This document shows positions 33,273 through 46,792 of a stretch of 64,000 nucleotides of DNA, one piece after another (within the stretch, counting starts at the first letter, position 1; the number at the start of each line of letters is the position of its first letter). The DNA is from Takakia lepidozioides (Eukaryota; Plantae; Bryophyta). Position numbers and translations under genes: made by a program. Below the pieces are notes generated by a model, which was given only the letters and a program-made list of their open reading frames with translations, was not told where the DNA came from and did not search any database. The stretch lies in contig CM060731.1 in assembly GCA_030704615.1 (NCBI GenBank), positions 43,958,001 to 44,022,000 on the forward strand, written 5' to 3'.

Positions 33273-33498
33273 TGAAAGCTCCAACTGTGCCTATACGAAT
33301 GCGCGATCTCCAAGACAACAAAAAATACACCTGAGATCATTCTAGATTGAACCGGGCATGATTCTGGATTCGAGCATATATCTGTCAGGCCAGCTTGTGA
33401 CCTTACACAAGAGAGTGTATAACACCATAGCTAACAATTAAGTTAAGTAATTACTTTCCTATCTTACTTCACGCACAAAAATTCTCATCTGGAGGATT

Positions 33499-33897
33499 CG
33501 ATCAAGAACGGTCTTTCACAGCATGATCTTTGGAAGGTTTTGCCACAATGGAAGAGGAATGGAAGATATCTAATTAGTAAAGATTGAGCAATGATAACTC
33601 TGCTACAGATTTCAACGCTTTCATCGCTTTCATCGCTAGTAACAATCTCACAAAATATTAGTCTTTCTCTTTGCTTGCGGCGACCGGAACTCACACCCGA
33701 TCAAGAACGGTCTTTCACAGCATGATCTTTGGAAGGTTTTGCCACAATGGAAGAGGAATGGAAGATATCTACATTCGTAAAGATTGACCAATGATAACTC
33801 TGGTACAGATTTCAACGCTTTCAGCGCTTCATCGCTAGTAACAATCTCACAAAATATTAGTCTTTCTCTTCGCTTGCGGCGACCGGAACTCACACCG
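33499..33897. repeat. Recent tandem duplication, 2 x ~199 bp, upstream of the F-box CDS
   Basis: CGATCAAGAACGGTCTTTCACAGCATGATC...GGAACTCACACC starts at both 33499 and 33698, with only a few differences. Confidence 0.95.
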
Positions 33898-34206
33898 ATT
33901 GCCATCCGCAGCACCTCACGAAGACAATTTCTTGTTGTGTTTTGTTGTGATGGAATATTGCAAAGGAGACGAGACGAGAGAGACGAGAGAGAAGACGGTT
34001 GCACAGAGGTCGCCAAGATAATCATCCGTCCACCAATAGTCTATCTTCATTCATCTATGCAGTTTTTCCCGCGCATAGATAAAGCAAATGAAAAGCTTGG
34101 ACAGTGAGTGATACGGCCTCTGTCCATCCCTGCACCCACGCCAGACAGGGGCGCCGCAAATAAACTGACATTCATCCATTCGCCCTATCCACAAGCTGGG
34201 ACCCCT

Positions 34207-34346
34207 GACACGTGGCATGGGCCAAGGAGCGCCCTACGGATTTTCGGGGCGGGCAGCAGGAGGCGGGCAGGGGTCGCATCGCCTTGGCTGTCACCCGTCC
34301 CTCCCGTCCCTCTTGATCAAACTGTCTGCAGGCGCCGTGCCACGTC
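34207..34346. promoter_or_regulatory. G-box/ABRE motifs in the divergent F-box / GRP promoter
   Basis: GACACGTGGC at 34207 and GCCACGTC at 34339, in a GC-rich intergenic stretch. Confidence 0.4.
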
Positions 34347-34547
34347 CTTGGTGCCCTAATGTTAACGTTAGTTCTTTTTTTAGTTTTGCCAGAAAAAGGC
34401 TATCTGTTATTTATTTAGTCAAATACATTTTTGTTCCCATCGTCGCAAGTACGGCGCGTATTTGGGATTTATGGCGAGAAAGTCATGATGGCGAAACTAG
34501 AGAGGACGGCGGCTCATTATCCAAGGGTTGTTCATGGAAAATACGGG

Positions 34548-34602
34548 GGGTAAAGATGGATTACAGTGGGTAAAGATGGATTACAGTGGATAAAGATATT
34601 AC
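34548..34602. repeat. 20 bp tandem repeat (~2.7 copies)
   Basis: GGGTAAAGATGGATTACAGT twice, plus a partial copy. Confidence 0.9.
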
Positions 34603-34771
34603 ACGGGGAATGCAGAGGCCGGCTGCGAGGATATTTGTTGGGAGCTCTTCGTCTTCCTTCGCATCGTGTCTCTCGCTGCGCTGCGCAGCGTTGCTCTCTG
34701 TTTCTCTGTTTCTCTGTTTCTCTGTCTCTGTCTCTGTGTCTGCTCGGTTCTGTTGTGGTAGAGGGGAAGAG

Positions 34772-35293
34772 ATGGGAGACTCTGGAGAGTATAGATGCTT
34801 TGTGGGGGGTTTGGCATGGGCCACAAACGATGTGGGGTTGGAAGAGGCTTTCCGGCCGTTCGGAGAGGTGTTGCAGTCGAAGGTGATCAATGACGCTGAA
34901 ACTGGGCGCTCTCGGGGGTTTGGGTTCGTGACCTTTGCTGACAATGAGGCCATGAACAAGGCCATCGAGTCCATGAATGGAAAGGAGCTTGACGGGAGGA
35001 ACATCACTGTGAACCAGGCGCAGTCACGGGGTGGCGGCGGTGGGGGTCGTGGAGGAGGTGGTGGTGGTGGCTACCGCAGTGGTGGTGGAGGGGGATATGG
35101 TGGGGGTGGGGGTAGCCGGGGGGGTTCCTACGGTGGTGGTGGTGGATATGGCGAAGACCGTGGCAGCGGTGGGGGTGGTGGGGGTTATAGCCGTGGAGGT
35201 GGTGGTGGCTATGGTGGAAACTATGGGGGTGGTGGCCGTGGCGGCTCTAACGCAGGGAGCTGGAAGAATGATCGCAACAACAGCGACTACTGA
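34772..35293 (+). CDS. Glycine-rich RNA-binding protein (GRP7/GRP8-like; RRM + Gly-rich tail), intronless
   Basis: EYRCFVGGLAWAT (RNP2), ETGRSRGFGFVTF (RNP1), MNGKELDGRNITVNQAQSR, and a GGGGY-rich tail. The ATG follows a CT-rich 5' UTR. Confidence 0.96.
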   Translation: MGDSGEYRCFVGGLAWATNDVGLEEAFRPFGEVLQSKVINDAETGRSRGFGFVTFADNEAMNKAIESMNGKELDGRNITVNQAQSRGGGGGGRGGGGGGGYRSGGGGGYGGGGGSRGGSYGGGGGYGEDRGSGGGGGGYSRGGGGGYGGNYGGGGRGGSNAGSWKNDRNNSDY

Positions 35294-36495
35294 GTGAAGT
35301 CAAAGGCTTTGCTGGTGGTGCAGTTCAAGATGAGACCTTCACGCCATGTGCATCCGAGCTTTGCGAATCTGTTTGCAGCTTCGGGAAGCTTGTCAATACT
35401 GGCGATCGGCTTTGTTTCGAACGGTGTCTCTGAAGAATGACTTCAGAGCTGTCGGCTGTAGGATGAGATGTTCGGGTTGCAGCGATACTTGCCAGTGTCC
35501 ACCGGGAAGCCACTTGATCACTAATCAGCCCCGGAGGCTGAAGACAGCCTTAGGCAGTTGCTCTGCCTTGAAAGGGCTCAAGCCATGTTGCATGGCTCTT
35601 CCTTCTTGTTCAGTCTCTTGGTCAAAAAGTTTTGATTGTGCTCGTTGCAGTTTTGTAGCAGGAAGATCTATTCCTAAGTGAGATTCTGAAGCAGGCTAAC
35701 CGCCTGCCCTGTGACACTTGTTAAAATGATCTAAGCTCGTAAATGATCCGTTTTGGTGTGGTTTCACTATCCAGTGTTTGTACCAGCGAGTCGTCGTCCG
35801 GGTTTCTAGTATTGTCTACAAAAAACCCTCCCACTCTGTTTGCTTGAGTTGCCATTCATCTGGCTTGTGAGACTGGCTTGCAGCTCGACTCTGACTGAAC
35901 CTTGCAGATAATAGTCCGTGTTCACGTGATTTCTCACCTCCACTTTCCACTCAATCTGTGGTCAGATGTTGCAAAAGGTTTCTGATGCATCTTACTTGCT
36001 CTACGGTGGTGGTGCAGCAATGTGGAAAGCCTTACAGTTTTAGTTTCTGTGCGCTTGATGGGAGTTATTGTCTGTCTGTGATCTGCCCCATGCTGCAAGT
36101 AACGGAATCTGCTAAAGATGCTCCCATTAATTCCCAGGAAATGGGTAGTAATGGCTTTCAACTGACATTACACCGTGATCTGTCAGGATGAAATATGCCG
36201 CATCCCATGCTCTGTGACGATCTCGATTCTCAACAGGGATTGAAGACTAAGAATGAACACCTTAAGTATGCCACCGTGTTGTGTTGGGTCAGCAAGTGCT
36301 CATCAATACCGTACCTGTTCTGTTCCATCGCAGTGATGAAATCAAACAACGTGACACTACAAGGGTTTGGGTGTAAGCGGCCTGCTTGCAAAGTAATAAT
36401 AACGAGGAGAATCCAAACATCCAAACCCAATACACACGAAGGTCTGCTAGTAATAAAATAGAAGCAACAATCTCTTTGTTGTTTTGTTGTATACA

Positions 36496-39400
36496 ATGCA
36501 ATACTTGTCTATGCACTTCTCCTCGCTCTCTGCACCGGTCCCTCCAATCGCACCTCATGTGATGCGAGTGGGGCTCGGGTTCTCCGCGCAGTTTCACCTG
36601 GCCGTGGTGGGCTCCAAGCATTTGCAGAGGATTTCGAAGAAGCAGCCTCATTGCCTGTATGGGTCTCAAGACTTGTTGACTGATGCATTCCCTCCAGTTG
36701 GTGCGTGCCTCTCGGGTTTTGCTGTGCAAAGGAGGCATGGCCATCATTGGAGCTTCATGCGAGCAGGCTTCTATGCGAGATTGGGTGTCAGCTCTGGTGG
36801 GGATTTAACATCTCGGGATCGGGAAGGTTTCTCAGGGGGTTCGACAGACGTAGCCATGGATGCACAGGAAGTTTCCCGGGAATCAGGAGACAACGGTGAG
36901 TGGCTCAGCAGGCATGGCAGTTGGTCACAGTTAAGATTTAGTAACTGGAAGAGTTGTGACGGTTCCAATAGCAAGAGACAATGATGCATGGCTCTAAAGA
37001 AGCAATTTCATCATTGTTGATGTTATTGCAGAGCTGTGACCATGATCCATATCCAGACCTAAACATTTTCGGATAGGAGGTTGACACATGTATCCTGCTT
37101 ACAATCATATGTGCTAATTTGCAACCGCCGTTGTGAGAACGTGAGACGGGAGCCCCCTTGTAGCTAATGTGCTGTATAAACTAATTGTGCTTTACCCTCT
37201 CTTTCCCCTTCGTGGAAAATTCTGCTTGCGAGGTGAATCTTCACAAGTGACCTTCATGTTTCAAGCGCACCTTGTGCTTTTAAGTCAACATGGAGACAAC
37301 ACCAATACTACTTGTCACAATCTAGGAAAGAATTGAGCAGAACAACTTTACTACAGGCATTGAGTTTTCCTTGCCCAAGTTTTTGTCCCACTAGATTTTC
37401 CACAGAGCTTTGATTCAACGACCATTTTCGCGGGTCATTAACAAATTGATAGAGCTTGATGAAGTATGGTCACTGAGGTTATAGATTGAGTGTCTCTGAG
37501 TTGTGGAAATTACTTTTGGGCATTTAGCAGTCGCATGACAAGCTATTACTAAATATTGTAATGCGTGACAGTGCTGCAAGCGGAAGGGGCTGAATTGGTT
37601 GGAGACTCAAAAGATGGGGTCACAGTTCAAGTCTCAAAGGATTTACGAAAAGTTGAGCCGCAGGGCGTGGACTCTGATATAAAGGAAGGTGTTAAGATTG
37701 AGCAATCTTCTTCCAGTGCATCCAGCAGAAAACCAGAAGTACATGGAAGTGAACCAAAGGGCTTGTGGGCGGAAATTGGGCAAAGGATAAACATTGCAGG
37801 CGTCACTTTTGCTTCAAACATCATAGTGTGGGAACAGCATCTCGCAGTCCCGCATGTCAGTGTACCTGACATCAGGTACAAATTTTGTTCAATTTGTTGG
37901 CTATCTTGGATAAATCTTCGGGATGTTGACGATTTCTACACGCCGCTTGCTTGTGCTCTGTCTCCTCCTATTCAGAAGATGGATTTCACAGCTGGATGCT
38001 GGAAATGACACGCCGTGACAGCACTATACTCATCACTGACCACCTTAGCATGTTCCGCTTACAGCTTGTGTGGGCAGTGCCTGAGATTGCCTTTTTCGTT
38101 TTGCAAATCTGTCTGGGGACGGACTTAACCCACAGTTTGGGAAAAGACTCTTTATTATGATTGTATGGTTGTTTCTGCTTTTTTGTCATTTTTGCGGCGG
38201 GGGGCGTAGGTGGATAGACTGGAAGGCATTGCGGAAGCAGGGTTTTGAAGGTGTGGTGTTTGACAAGGACAACACCATCACAGCACCCTACGCAGGAGTT
38301 GTGTGGCCAGCTCTTACGACTGCATTGCAAGAATGCAAATCAGTGTTCGATGGTCACATAGCGCTTCTTAGCAACTCAGCTGGTATGGCACCCCCCTTGC
38401 TCACTCTCCACTCAGACTTCTTTTGTCACTGTATACTTAATTTTGTGTGTAGCATTCACTGCTCATTTGTATCTTGTCTCTTCATGGGAAAGCAAGAGAA
38501 TCATGCAGAGGGTTACGTGGTTGGGGGCCAGAGCAGGTTTGTACCAATTTGATCCAGACGGAAGTGAGGCCAAAGCTTTGGAGGACAAGCTGGGTTTCCC
38601 AGTGATACGCCATGGTACTACTCTCCTTCCCACTAACTGCACACGGAGAAATGTCTTCGTCATTAGCGTTGCAATGTAGACCCTTCTGGATGTAACTCTC
38701 CTGGTTGGTGGGCCAGAACAAGAGATAGAGGGCCAAGGGCTAGCCACTGTTGTTGACAGTGGTTTCTTTTGAATGTCAGGAACAAAGAAACCAGCAGGCA
38801 CTGCAGATGATGTGGGGAAGCACTTCAACTGCAATCCCTCCCTGCTCGTCATGGTAATCTTCCCTTTCGTCTGGCTGCAGTATGATGCATGGGTTGCATT
38901 GGTGTTCACTATGATTAAGCTTTAAATGTATCAGTGCAGTTGAACAAGGTGCCAGTTTTTGTGCAGAATAGTTCTCATACATCACCAAACACCTCTTTGG
39001 AGCTATATTTCTAGTTTTAGTCATATGTGTCTACAGGAGTGGCTGATATAAGTGTGTCAATTTGGGTGTGGGATCAGGTAGGAGATCGCTACTTCACAGA
39101 CATTGTGTATGGCAACAAGAACGGGTTGCTCACTATCCATTCAGCTCCTCTGACGGCTGTTGGCGAGCCCTTTGTTGTGAGACAGGTTTGCACAAATACA
39201 TACATGATTTATGCAAGAGCGCATTGGATCTGTATGTGATCATGCTGGTTTCTAGTGTGCTTATGAAGGGCTACGATGAAAAGAGTGGTAGAGCTGTAAC
39301 CCCACAGTTCACCTGGTCATAGCTTGCTCGTCTTTGAATGCCGTAGTACACATCCCCCAAATGTGTGGGTACATTTGTGGGGCAAAATGTGACACGTACG

Positions 39401-39606
39401 CACACTCTCTCTCTCTCTCGCCCTTCCTGGTCGTGTGTGGTAATAAGATTGCAGCACGCAGCATTTAATAATCATCAAAATGTAAGCAGGTGAGGAAACT
39501 AGAAGACGCATTGGTGGAGCGGTGGCAGCGCCTAGGGGTGCAACCCACAAAACACACCTTGTTCAGTAAACCACATGATTTCATCAAGGATCCAGGTTGC
39601 TGGTAG
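36496..39606 (+). CDS. PGPP1: Phosphatidylglycerophosphate phosphatase 1-like (HAD IIIA, YqeG/GEP4 family), 7 exons
   Basis: GQRINIAG, AVPHVSVPDIRWIDWKAL, GVVFDKDNTITAPY, LLSNSAGLYQFDPDG, RHGTKKPAG, MVGDRYFTDIVYGN, VRQVRKLE. All GT-AG junctions are in phase. Confidence 0.92.
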
Positions 39607-40138
39607 TTGCCAGTAGTGGGACTAAAATGGCACTTTGTGAGTAGATCTGGGCAGGAGCCCATTTGTGGCAATATAACTGGGCATATTTGCTGGAAATGTC
39701 ACAGATAAAGTGAAATCAGCCTTTCTTGAAAGTTGTTCAGGAAAGTGGTCACATTTCATCAGTCATGGGGATAGGGATGCTGAAGATGAATTGCAGGATC
39801 AAACCATCAATGTTGGTATAAGAAACTCATGTTTACTGAATGCACACAAATGTGTCTCCACATTTGAGCAAACCAAGACAGTCAGAAATTACATGAAAGA
39901 GATCCTTCCTGCCGTCATCTCTTAGTTCCTGGAAAATATGAGTGGATTGAGGACCTGTTGTAATGATGATTGGTTCAGCCACCACACTCAGAACATCTGA
40001 CATGTTTTAGTCTTAGAGAGCTAGCTCCCTGGATGTGCAGCAGAGAATCTTTCTATGTTTCAATTAGTACTCTGGGCCCTGGTCCCATTTTGATTAGGCG
40101 ATTTGGACAAATGGTACCTAAGGGTAGTGATCAATTCA

Positions 40139-43100
40139 TTAAGCAATGGGATTGTGGTCTTGGTTTATGTCGAGCTTCAATAAGTGGTGCGGTCTGGCAC
40201 TGCGGGGCCCCTCACTGTATAGAGCTGGTAAGTAGGCTTTGTAAGCAGGCATATATCTGGACACAAAATCTGCAACCTGGAGAGGAAGATGGGTTCTATG
40301 ATAGGGACATGGGCATTTACATGTAGAGAAGAAAAATAAACACACTTTCTGAGAGCAAGAGAATGTACTTGGTATATCTGCTTGTTGTAGACTTCTGGAT
40401 ATGTAGATATGCCTTCTTTATACCCGTGACAAGATGTTTTGTGGCTACAGAGGGGTCGCGGGGAGAAACCCAGGCAGGGTGTCCTCCACTAGTGAGACGG
40501 AGTTGTTATTCTATTGTCCACTGGATGCCTAAATGGCCTAAAGGACCGTATGATATAGGAGGAGGATATTTATTGAACCCATGGCCTTGCTTGAAGGGTT
40601 GAGGGATGGGGAGAGAGAGGGCACTGAAAGTGTAGGACTGAAGAAGTCTATTCAACCAAAGGGAGGGAACAATAAAAGTGAAGTACCTGCTCGTCGGTCA
40701 TGCCAGGCCTACCTTCAGACCTCATTGCTACCTCCGCCTGTCCAAATTACTTCAAAAGTTTAGGCGATTCGTCAGTAACATGAGTTCACAAGAAAGGTCC
40801 CATTGATCCAAACATGTATGGCAAGCCTTGACCAACTTTAATGTCACCACTCCAAAATGTTTTCTGAAACTTCCCATGCCAAATTCCACAAGGAACTTCC
40901 AACGCCCTTTTGTGCCACTCTGACAGTTACCATCATTTAACTAGTTAAGCTGAGCTACAGGTCCAAACAAACCTTTGAACACCCACTTGGGATCTTGCAC
41001 TTGGATGACAACCCATGAATCCACAAACCGGTACCATGCATTATGATACAAGGCTAGGTTCTTGTTCACAGCCCCTAGCTGTACCCTCCATCGAACAAAA
41101 TGTCCCAGATGATTATGCTTAGTGTTTAGATCTGGCCTGTGGCTAGGCCATTTTTGATATATAGTTGCTGCACAGGGGTTGCTGCCCAACCTCAGTAGCC
41201 TCCCACAAATTTCTGAAAAAGCACATGCAAACAATGCATTACCATGTACTAAATGACCATTAAGATGCAACCTGCAAATTGAGAACCGAATTTCAGTGAA
41301 CCAAATACAATCTTTGAGTCAGTGCATTGCTCGCTATCAACAGAGCAAAAGACAGGCCACAATACAGGGCTGACAGTCTTCAAACCAACCAGGTGGACAA
41401 CGCTCCTTCGCCTGAATGACCATTACTTCTAAGACAATCTTTAAGATTTTGTGAGACGAGGGAGGATATTCCTTTGCACTGTGTTGACAGAAGGGGTGTG
41501 GATAGATGAACTGACTGACCATCCCCTATGATTTTTGGCTGTGACGAGCCTGGGTGCATATGATACTGACTTTGGTTGTGGGGTTTGCCCTACCAGGGTG
41601 AGAAACTCAGCTCAAGCCAGTGTTTGATTTAGCGGCTGACATACTAGAAGGCATGACGTTTATACCAGTGGTGCTACTGCCGGGCCTCCACCTTATCCCA
41701 GATGTGCCAAGATGTATGTAGCACATCTGGCTGGTTGCACTGTCGTCACACTGGAGACGAAAGGGCAGAGGTGTGTCGAGATGACACAGGAAGACGAGAG
41801 AAAAGAGAGATCAGAATGTAAGAAACAACGTAAACAGCGTTCTGATCCTTTCGCCTTTGAAACGAGATGCCAGGGTACATGGAAGCAGAGGATTCTTACA
41901 TTGGGGTGAATGGCTGTGGCCAATGACTCCACTATTGGTTCAAAACCAAGCATCCATCCCTCAAACAGCACTACCTGGCCATAACCCCAGAAGCCCACAT
42001 TTTCCCCTTACTGACAGCCTGAATTTTCCTGGAAATTTCTGAATAACTCAGAGTCAACGACCAAGCAGTTGCAGAAAATATTTAAAGAAGAAATGTCAAC
42101 AGAAGACAAAACAAAAACGGCCAGAAATAAAAGAGAGAGCAGCAATCTTACCCTGACTGGCCCTTCCAGCTGTGGCCATGTGGACGCGTCTGCTCTATTG
42201 CCTCGACCCTTGTTAGCTGACTGCAAGTTCAAGCGCACCCAACAGAGCTACTGAGATAAAAGGCCATCCCTTCAGCAGGTTTCTTGTTTCTTCTGAATAC
42301 AGAACACCTTCCATGTGCTGAGTGAGCTCGAGGGGAAGTACAGTTGCACTATTTGTAAAATCTTCAGAGCACTTCTGGTGCATGGATTCTGTTCTATGCC
42401 CAATAGATTTTGTCTATCAGTGTCAGCCTGTCCATGTACTCGAAGCTACACTTACAGATACCCCATCAACGCAGTGGGTGTTGTGTAGGTCTGCCCCCTT
42501 ATTCTTCCAGAAAGACGAAAAGAGGATGTGAGAAAATTCAACTTATCATACCGTGGAAGCATTGTCCTGTCACCTGCAAGGACATAACAGAGGTAAGTTA
42601 TGGTTCAGCCAGGCTGATTGAACATTATTCATCATGAGAGCATTCACATTGGCCGTACAAAACAGAGGATTGGATTTTAACGTGCACTTTGCCTCCACCC
42701 AAACATCAGTCAGCTGGAAATATCTCAGGTAAAAAACCCAAGCATATGCCCAGACTAGTGCACCTGAAGGATCCTACCTCCATGTGGGATGCAGGCAGAG
42801 ATCAAAGGTATAGACTACTCTCAGCCAGTCATCCAAGCACTCTACTTGAGCCTCAGTACAGGGAACTGGAGATTTCATAGAGATGGAAAGGTGAAGTCAA
42901 GGACAATGAGGTCACACTTGTGGCTCAGCCACAAGGTGGAGACAAACCACTGGATGTAAGAGCACTCAGCGCCTTCAAAGTCTGAGTTCCCAGCTGCAAG
43001 TTGTGGGTTCCAGCGTTGCCCCGAAACTGCCCCATCCATCCCATACAAGCTTTGAATTCCTCTTGCAAGCTTTGCTCTGCACCTCATTATTGATTTTGGG

Positions 43101-46100
43101 GACCTAGGCATTAGTTTACCTTGTGATGAGAATACACACTATCAAGCGACATCACAGTTCTCCTTGGAAATGGCTTAATGCCTACAGGTTGGGGGGCAGT
43201 ACACACACAAGGGGAAGTGGGTCTTATTTACTCTGGCCTCAGTGTAGTCTTCAGAGGTCATTTCTCAACCATAAAGTTGGGGAGAGAGATGTCCCACCGG
43301 TGCCTTGCATCTTTTCTTTGATTTGTAAATGGTGAAAACTTAGTGCTACAGTAAGCAAAGAGGAAGAGGAGGAAGACTCCTGTCGAAGAAGGCGTAACTT
43401 ATGGTGTCACTTCATCCCGAAGGGCTACTGCCTTCCGTTCACAGTAAGCAAACTTTCTGTTCTGGCCGAACTCAGCACAGAATTTGTACTTGAGGGAGTT
43501 ACAAGCAAGCACTCAGAGGTGGAAGAGTACCTCCAAAAGATAGTTGTCCGAATTTGAACTTGCCAGCTTTCCCTGCAACAGACAGAGGAGATGCTGCATA
43601 CCATTATCAGAGATTTACACACAAAGACATTGCCCATCCTGGCATGTTTAGGGTGACATGAAAAAAGACAGTAGGTGGGTAACCACTGACTATTGAGCAC
43701 ACTCAGATCCATGCAGGCCTTTGTACTACATAGTTGCCCCAGCTGGGGCTTAATCAAGTACTTGAAGTTTGCGAGTATCTAGCTGGGCAAAAGATGCTCA
43801 CTACCAATGTAACTGGCAGTTCAGAAGTGTTCTTTCCAAGGAAGGCAATAGACCTAAGGGGTCAAGAAGGTATTAAGTTAGGCCACAGCCATCTTGTTCT
43901 CAACTATAAGGAATGCTGGGATCAACTTGGGATTGTGTCACAGTCTCAATTCCTACATCTTCTACATTGAGTAGTAATTTGAAAAAATGAATCTATCTTC
44001 CCAGTCTGCTTCCGTTGTCAAGAGGGGTCCCACAGAATATTGGTAAGGATAAACTAAAAATCAAATTAGACTACTGGAAGTGAAATAGAGAAGAAAGCAT
44101 ATGCCAACCTGCAGCATTCCAAGTTGAACAGGTACTCCAGTGAGTCAACAATGGTTGTCTTGCCACACCCCTGCGGTGCACTGATGCCTATCTGTCCCCA
44201 TCAACCCAGAAACTGCCATCACTCACCCTGAATGGAGAGTCTTGATCTCCTTTGAAACTCCTGCAAATCAAATCATGACGAGCTTTCATCCATTGGCTTC
44301 TAATATGTGCTACCATGGGCAAGTAGTTAAAGAATCATCACTTACTGTTAATTGTAGCATTGCTCTAACAGCATAAGATTCAACCATGGAAAAAAGTTAG
44401 TAGGACTTCTAAGTATCTGCTTGGCCCTTAAGGTTGTTCCCCCCCGGAGTGGCCACTATTGAACAACTAGTGCTATGTGTCAGGGGACCATTTCTTACCC
44501 CAGAGACTTGGTAGCCCATCATATCCAGTTTCCATATTTCATGACCTTGCGATGGACAAAATGTCTGTAATTTCCTCGGCATGTATCAATATCTGGGCAC
44601 AAGTGGGAATTGATTGGCTAACTGTCATTTTGGGTTGTAACTGGCATTGGTTAAAGCACAATCCGGATTCAGGCTGTGTAACGGATGGGAGTCCCTAGAC
44701 CATAGAAGAGGCTAACACACCCATGCTGTCCTAGCAAAGATTTAGGACAAGGACAAAGGATAAGAAAGAGTAATCCCTCGAGCCTGAATTTTGTACTAGT
44801 GTATAAAATCTACTCGAGCCTGAAGCCGGTACACTAGACTCTGTTTGCTGTACCTATGTGGCCATAGACCCCCTATCAGAGAGAGGGAGAGAAAGAAATA
44901 ACGGAACTTTACTACATCCACAAAAAGCCGTAAGAGCTCATGCTGTGGAAGGAACACTGGCCCAAAAGACCTAATGGGCCAATAAAGACAGCAGAAACTA
45001 AGAAGAGAAGGAGCTTCATGACTAGACAAGGCAGAGAAAGATGTCTCACCACCAGTGGTGGAACAGACTTCCCTTGAAACTTGGAAGAATGAATCTCCAA
45101 CTGGTGCTTACACCACAAAAACACAGGTACATAGTAATGATAAATGCGCACTTTCTCTGCCCCAGAGAGTTCCACAAAACCCAGATGCAGTGACAGCTTA
45201 ACCCCCAAATCCAACCACTGATTGATATTTGCTGATACATTGTCCGGGCTGGCTCCAATCTTTCCCAGCCACGGCCCACTGCAAGGCAAGGGTTTTCAAA
45301 CATTAAGGATTGATAAAAAATTAGCAAATCTGCCTCCCATATCTGGATACTGCTACATACATTTCAATCAAGATGTTTTCACATTACTGATCATTGAATG
45401 CCATAACCTTGTTAGCCTTTACAAAAGGGAATTCACCCAAGCAGCATGCTAGAGCTTTTTCTTTATGTTTGTTATTCTTTGCTGACATGTTTGGGCTTGT
45501 AGATCTGCAAATTCGTTCTGGAAGCCTAGGGTTCTTATTTTGGACAGCCTTTGGCAATTGTTTTTGGTCTTGATGGTTTCTTGCCTTTCCTCACCTTTAC
45601 CAAGGTGTTCAAGGAGAGAATTCCTTGTCAGTTTGATCTGGTGCTTGCCCTTTTCCTCAGAGGAAGACAGACAGAAACATAGAAATTCCTTAACCAATGT
45701 GGGTGCCAGATCCAGGCTAGCGACAAAACGGTGGTCGTATGGAGACTGAAAGGTCAACTGGACGAATATAAGGAAGGGCAGTACCTGCAAATCAACTCGA
45801 ACAGATCCGAATGAGAAGAATGGGACGCCGCTGTCATCGCAATCGTCTGGCTACCAATGTCCCTGGCAGCGGTCTCCCTTTGTTCGATTCTTCCTTTGCC
45901 TTTGCCTAAATCTGGTGCCCTTGAGACAAATTCGGAGCAAATTCCCGTTGAAAGAGCCAAAAGCTATCCTTTCTGTTTCAGCGAATTGAAAGCCAACAGA
46001 TATTGGAAGATAGGAGATTGCCTCAAGCACATTTGACAGCACTGGAAGAGACGAGAGAGAGAGAGATGAGATGAGATGATACAGAGAGAATGCCAACTTG

Positions 46101-46286
46101 GTCACTCCTAAAGCCAATGTGATCGTACTTTCTAAATATGAATGAATGGTTCAGGACATCCCTTGGCTGGGAGGAGACCACATGGTATGTTCTGAAACTT
46201 GCTTGTGCTGTGTTCCAAGAATTAGATCCGGAAAGATCGCGTCCATTTGAGTAGGAGCTTTTGAAAATGCAGCAGAGGTCCACCAT
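40139..46286 (-). pseudogene. GLYK: D-glycerate 3-kinase (plastid photorespiratory GLYK), apparently disabled
   Basis: Exons: DLFELICSGP, RIYHYYVPVFLWC..PPLV, IGISAPQGCGKTT, GKLASSNSDNYLLE, FRGNAGTH, LPRYDK, GRGNRADASTWP..EGP, VLFEGWMLGF, VNKNL, AEVAMR..GMTDEQ, VADFVSRYMPAYKAYLP. The SIDDFYL exon was not found, the RYDK donor is defective and WRLQ is missing. Confidence 0.8.
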
Positions 46287-46792
46287 CGCTAGCTCGTTAG
46301 CTCAAACCGTTTCGGGCTTAAATGTACACAGTGCGCTGAAGGCGTTGGGCACAGACTGTACGTAAATAGAGCCTCCTGAGACACGTTCCCCTTGCCTTCC
46401 AGGTTCACCTCACACTTCAGCAGACAAAGTTTCAACGAAATTTGGAAGTCTCGAGGTCAGAGAACTAGCCAATGGGTGATTCAATTGACAGACAGAAACT
46501 TCCTCTGTCATCAGAACCTGGTGATAAAGAACACATGGGCATTTGCCGGTAGAAGTTACAAGTCCATGTCCATCGAATTCGGTTAGGTCTGTGGGTGCCA
46601 GAAACTCCCATCATGCTCTGACAATTTGCAATGGGAGGACGACGTCACTAGATAACAATTAGGCGATGAGGTGATGATGATGGGGTGATGAGGTGTTACC
46701 TAGATCAGGTGATGAGGGAAGGATTAAAGTGCTGTCTGTTCACCAGTCGGATTGTGGGTGCCGCGGTGGAGGGATAGTGTGGGTGAGGAGCT

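Noticed and set aside
34586-34771. 62-aa N-terminal extension of the GRP in the ORF track
   Set aside because: It translates a CT microsatellite-rich 5' UTR. The ATG at 34772 matches the family start.
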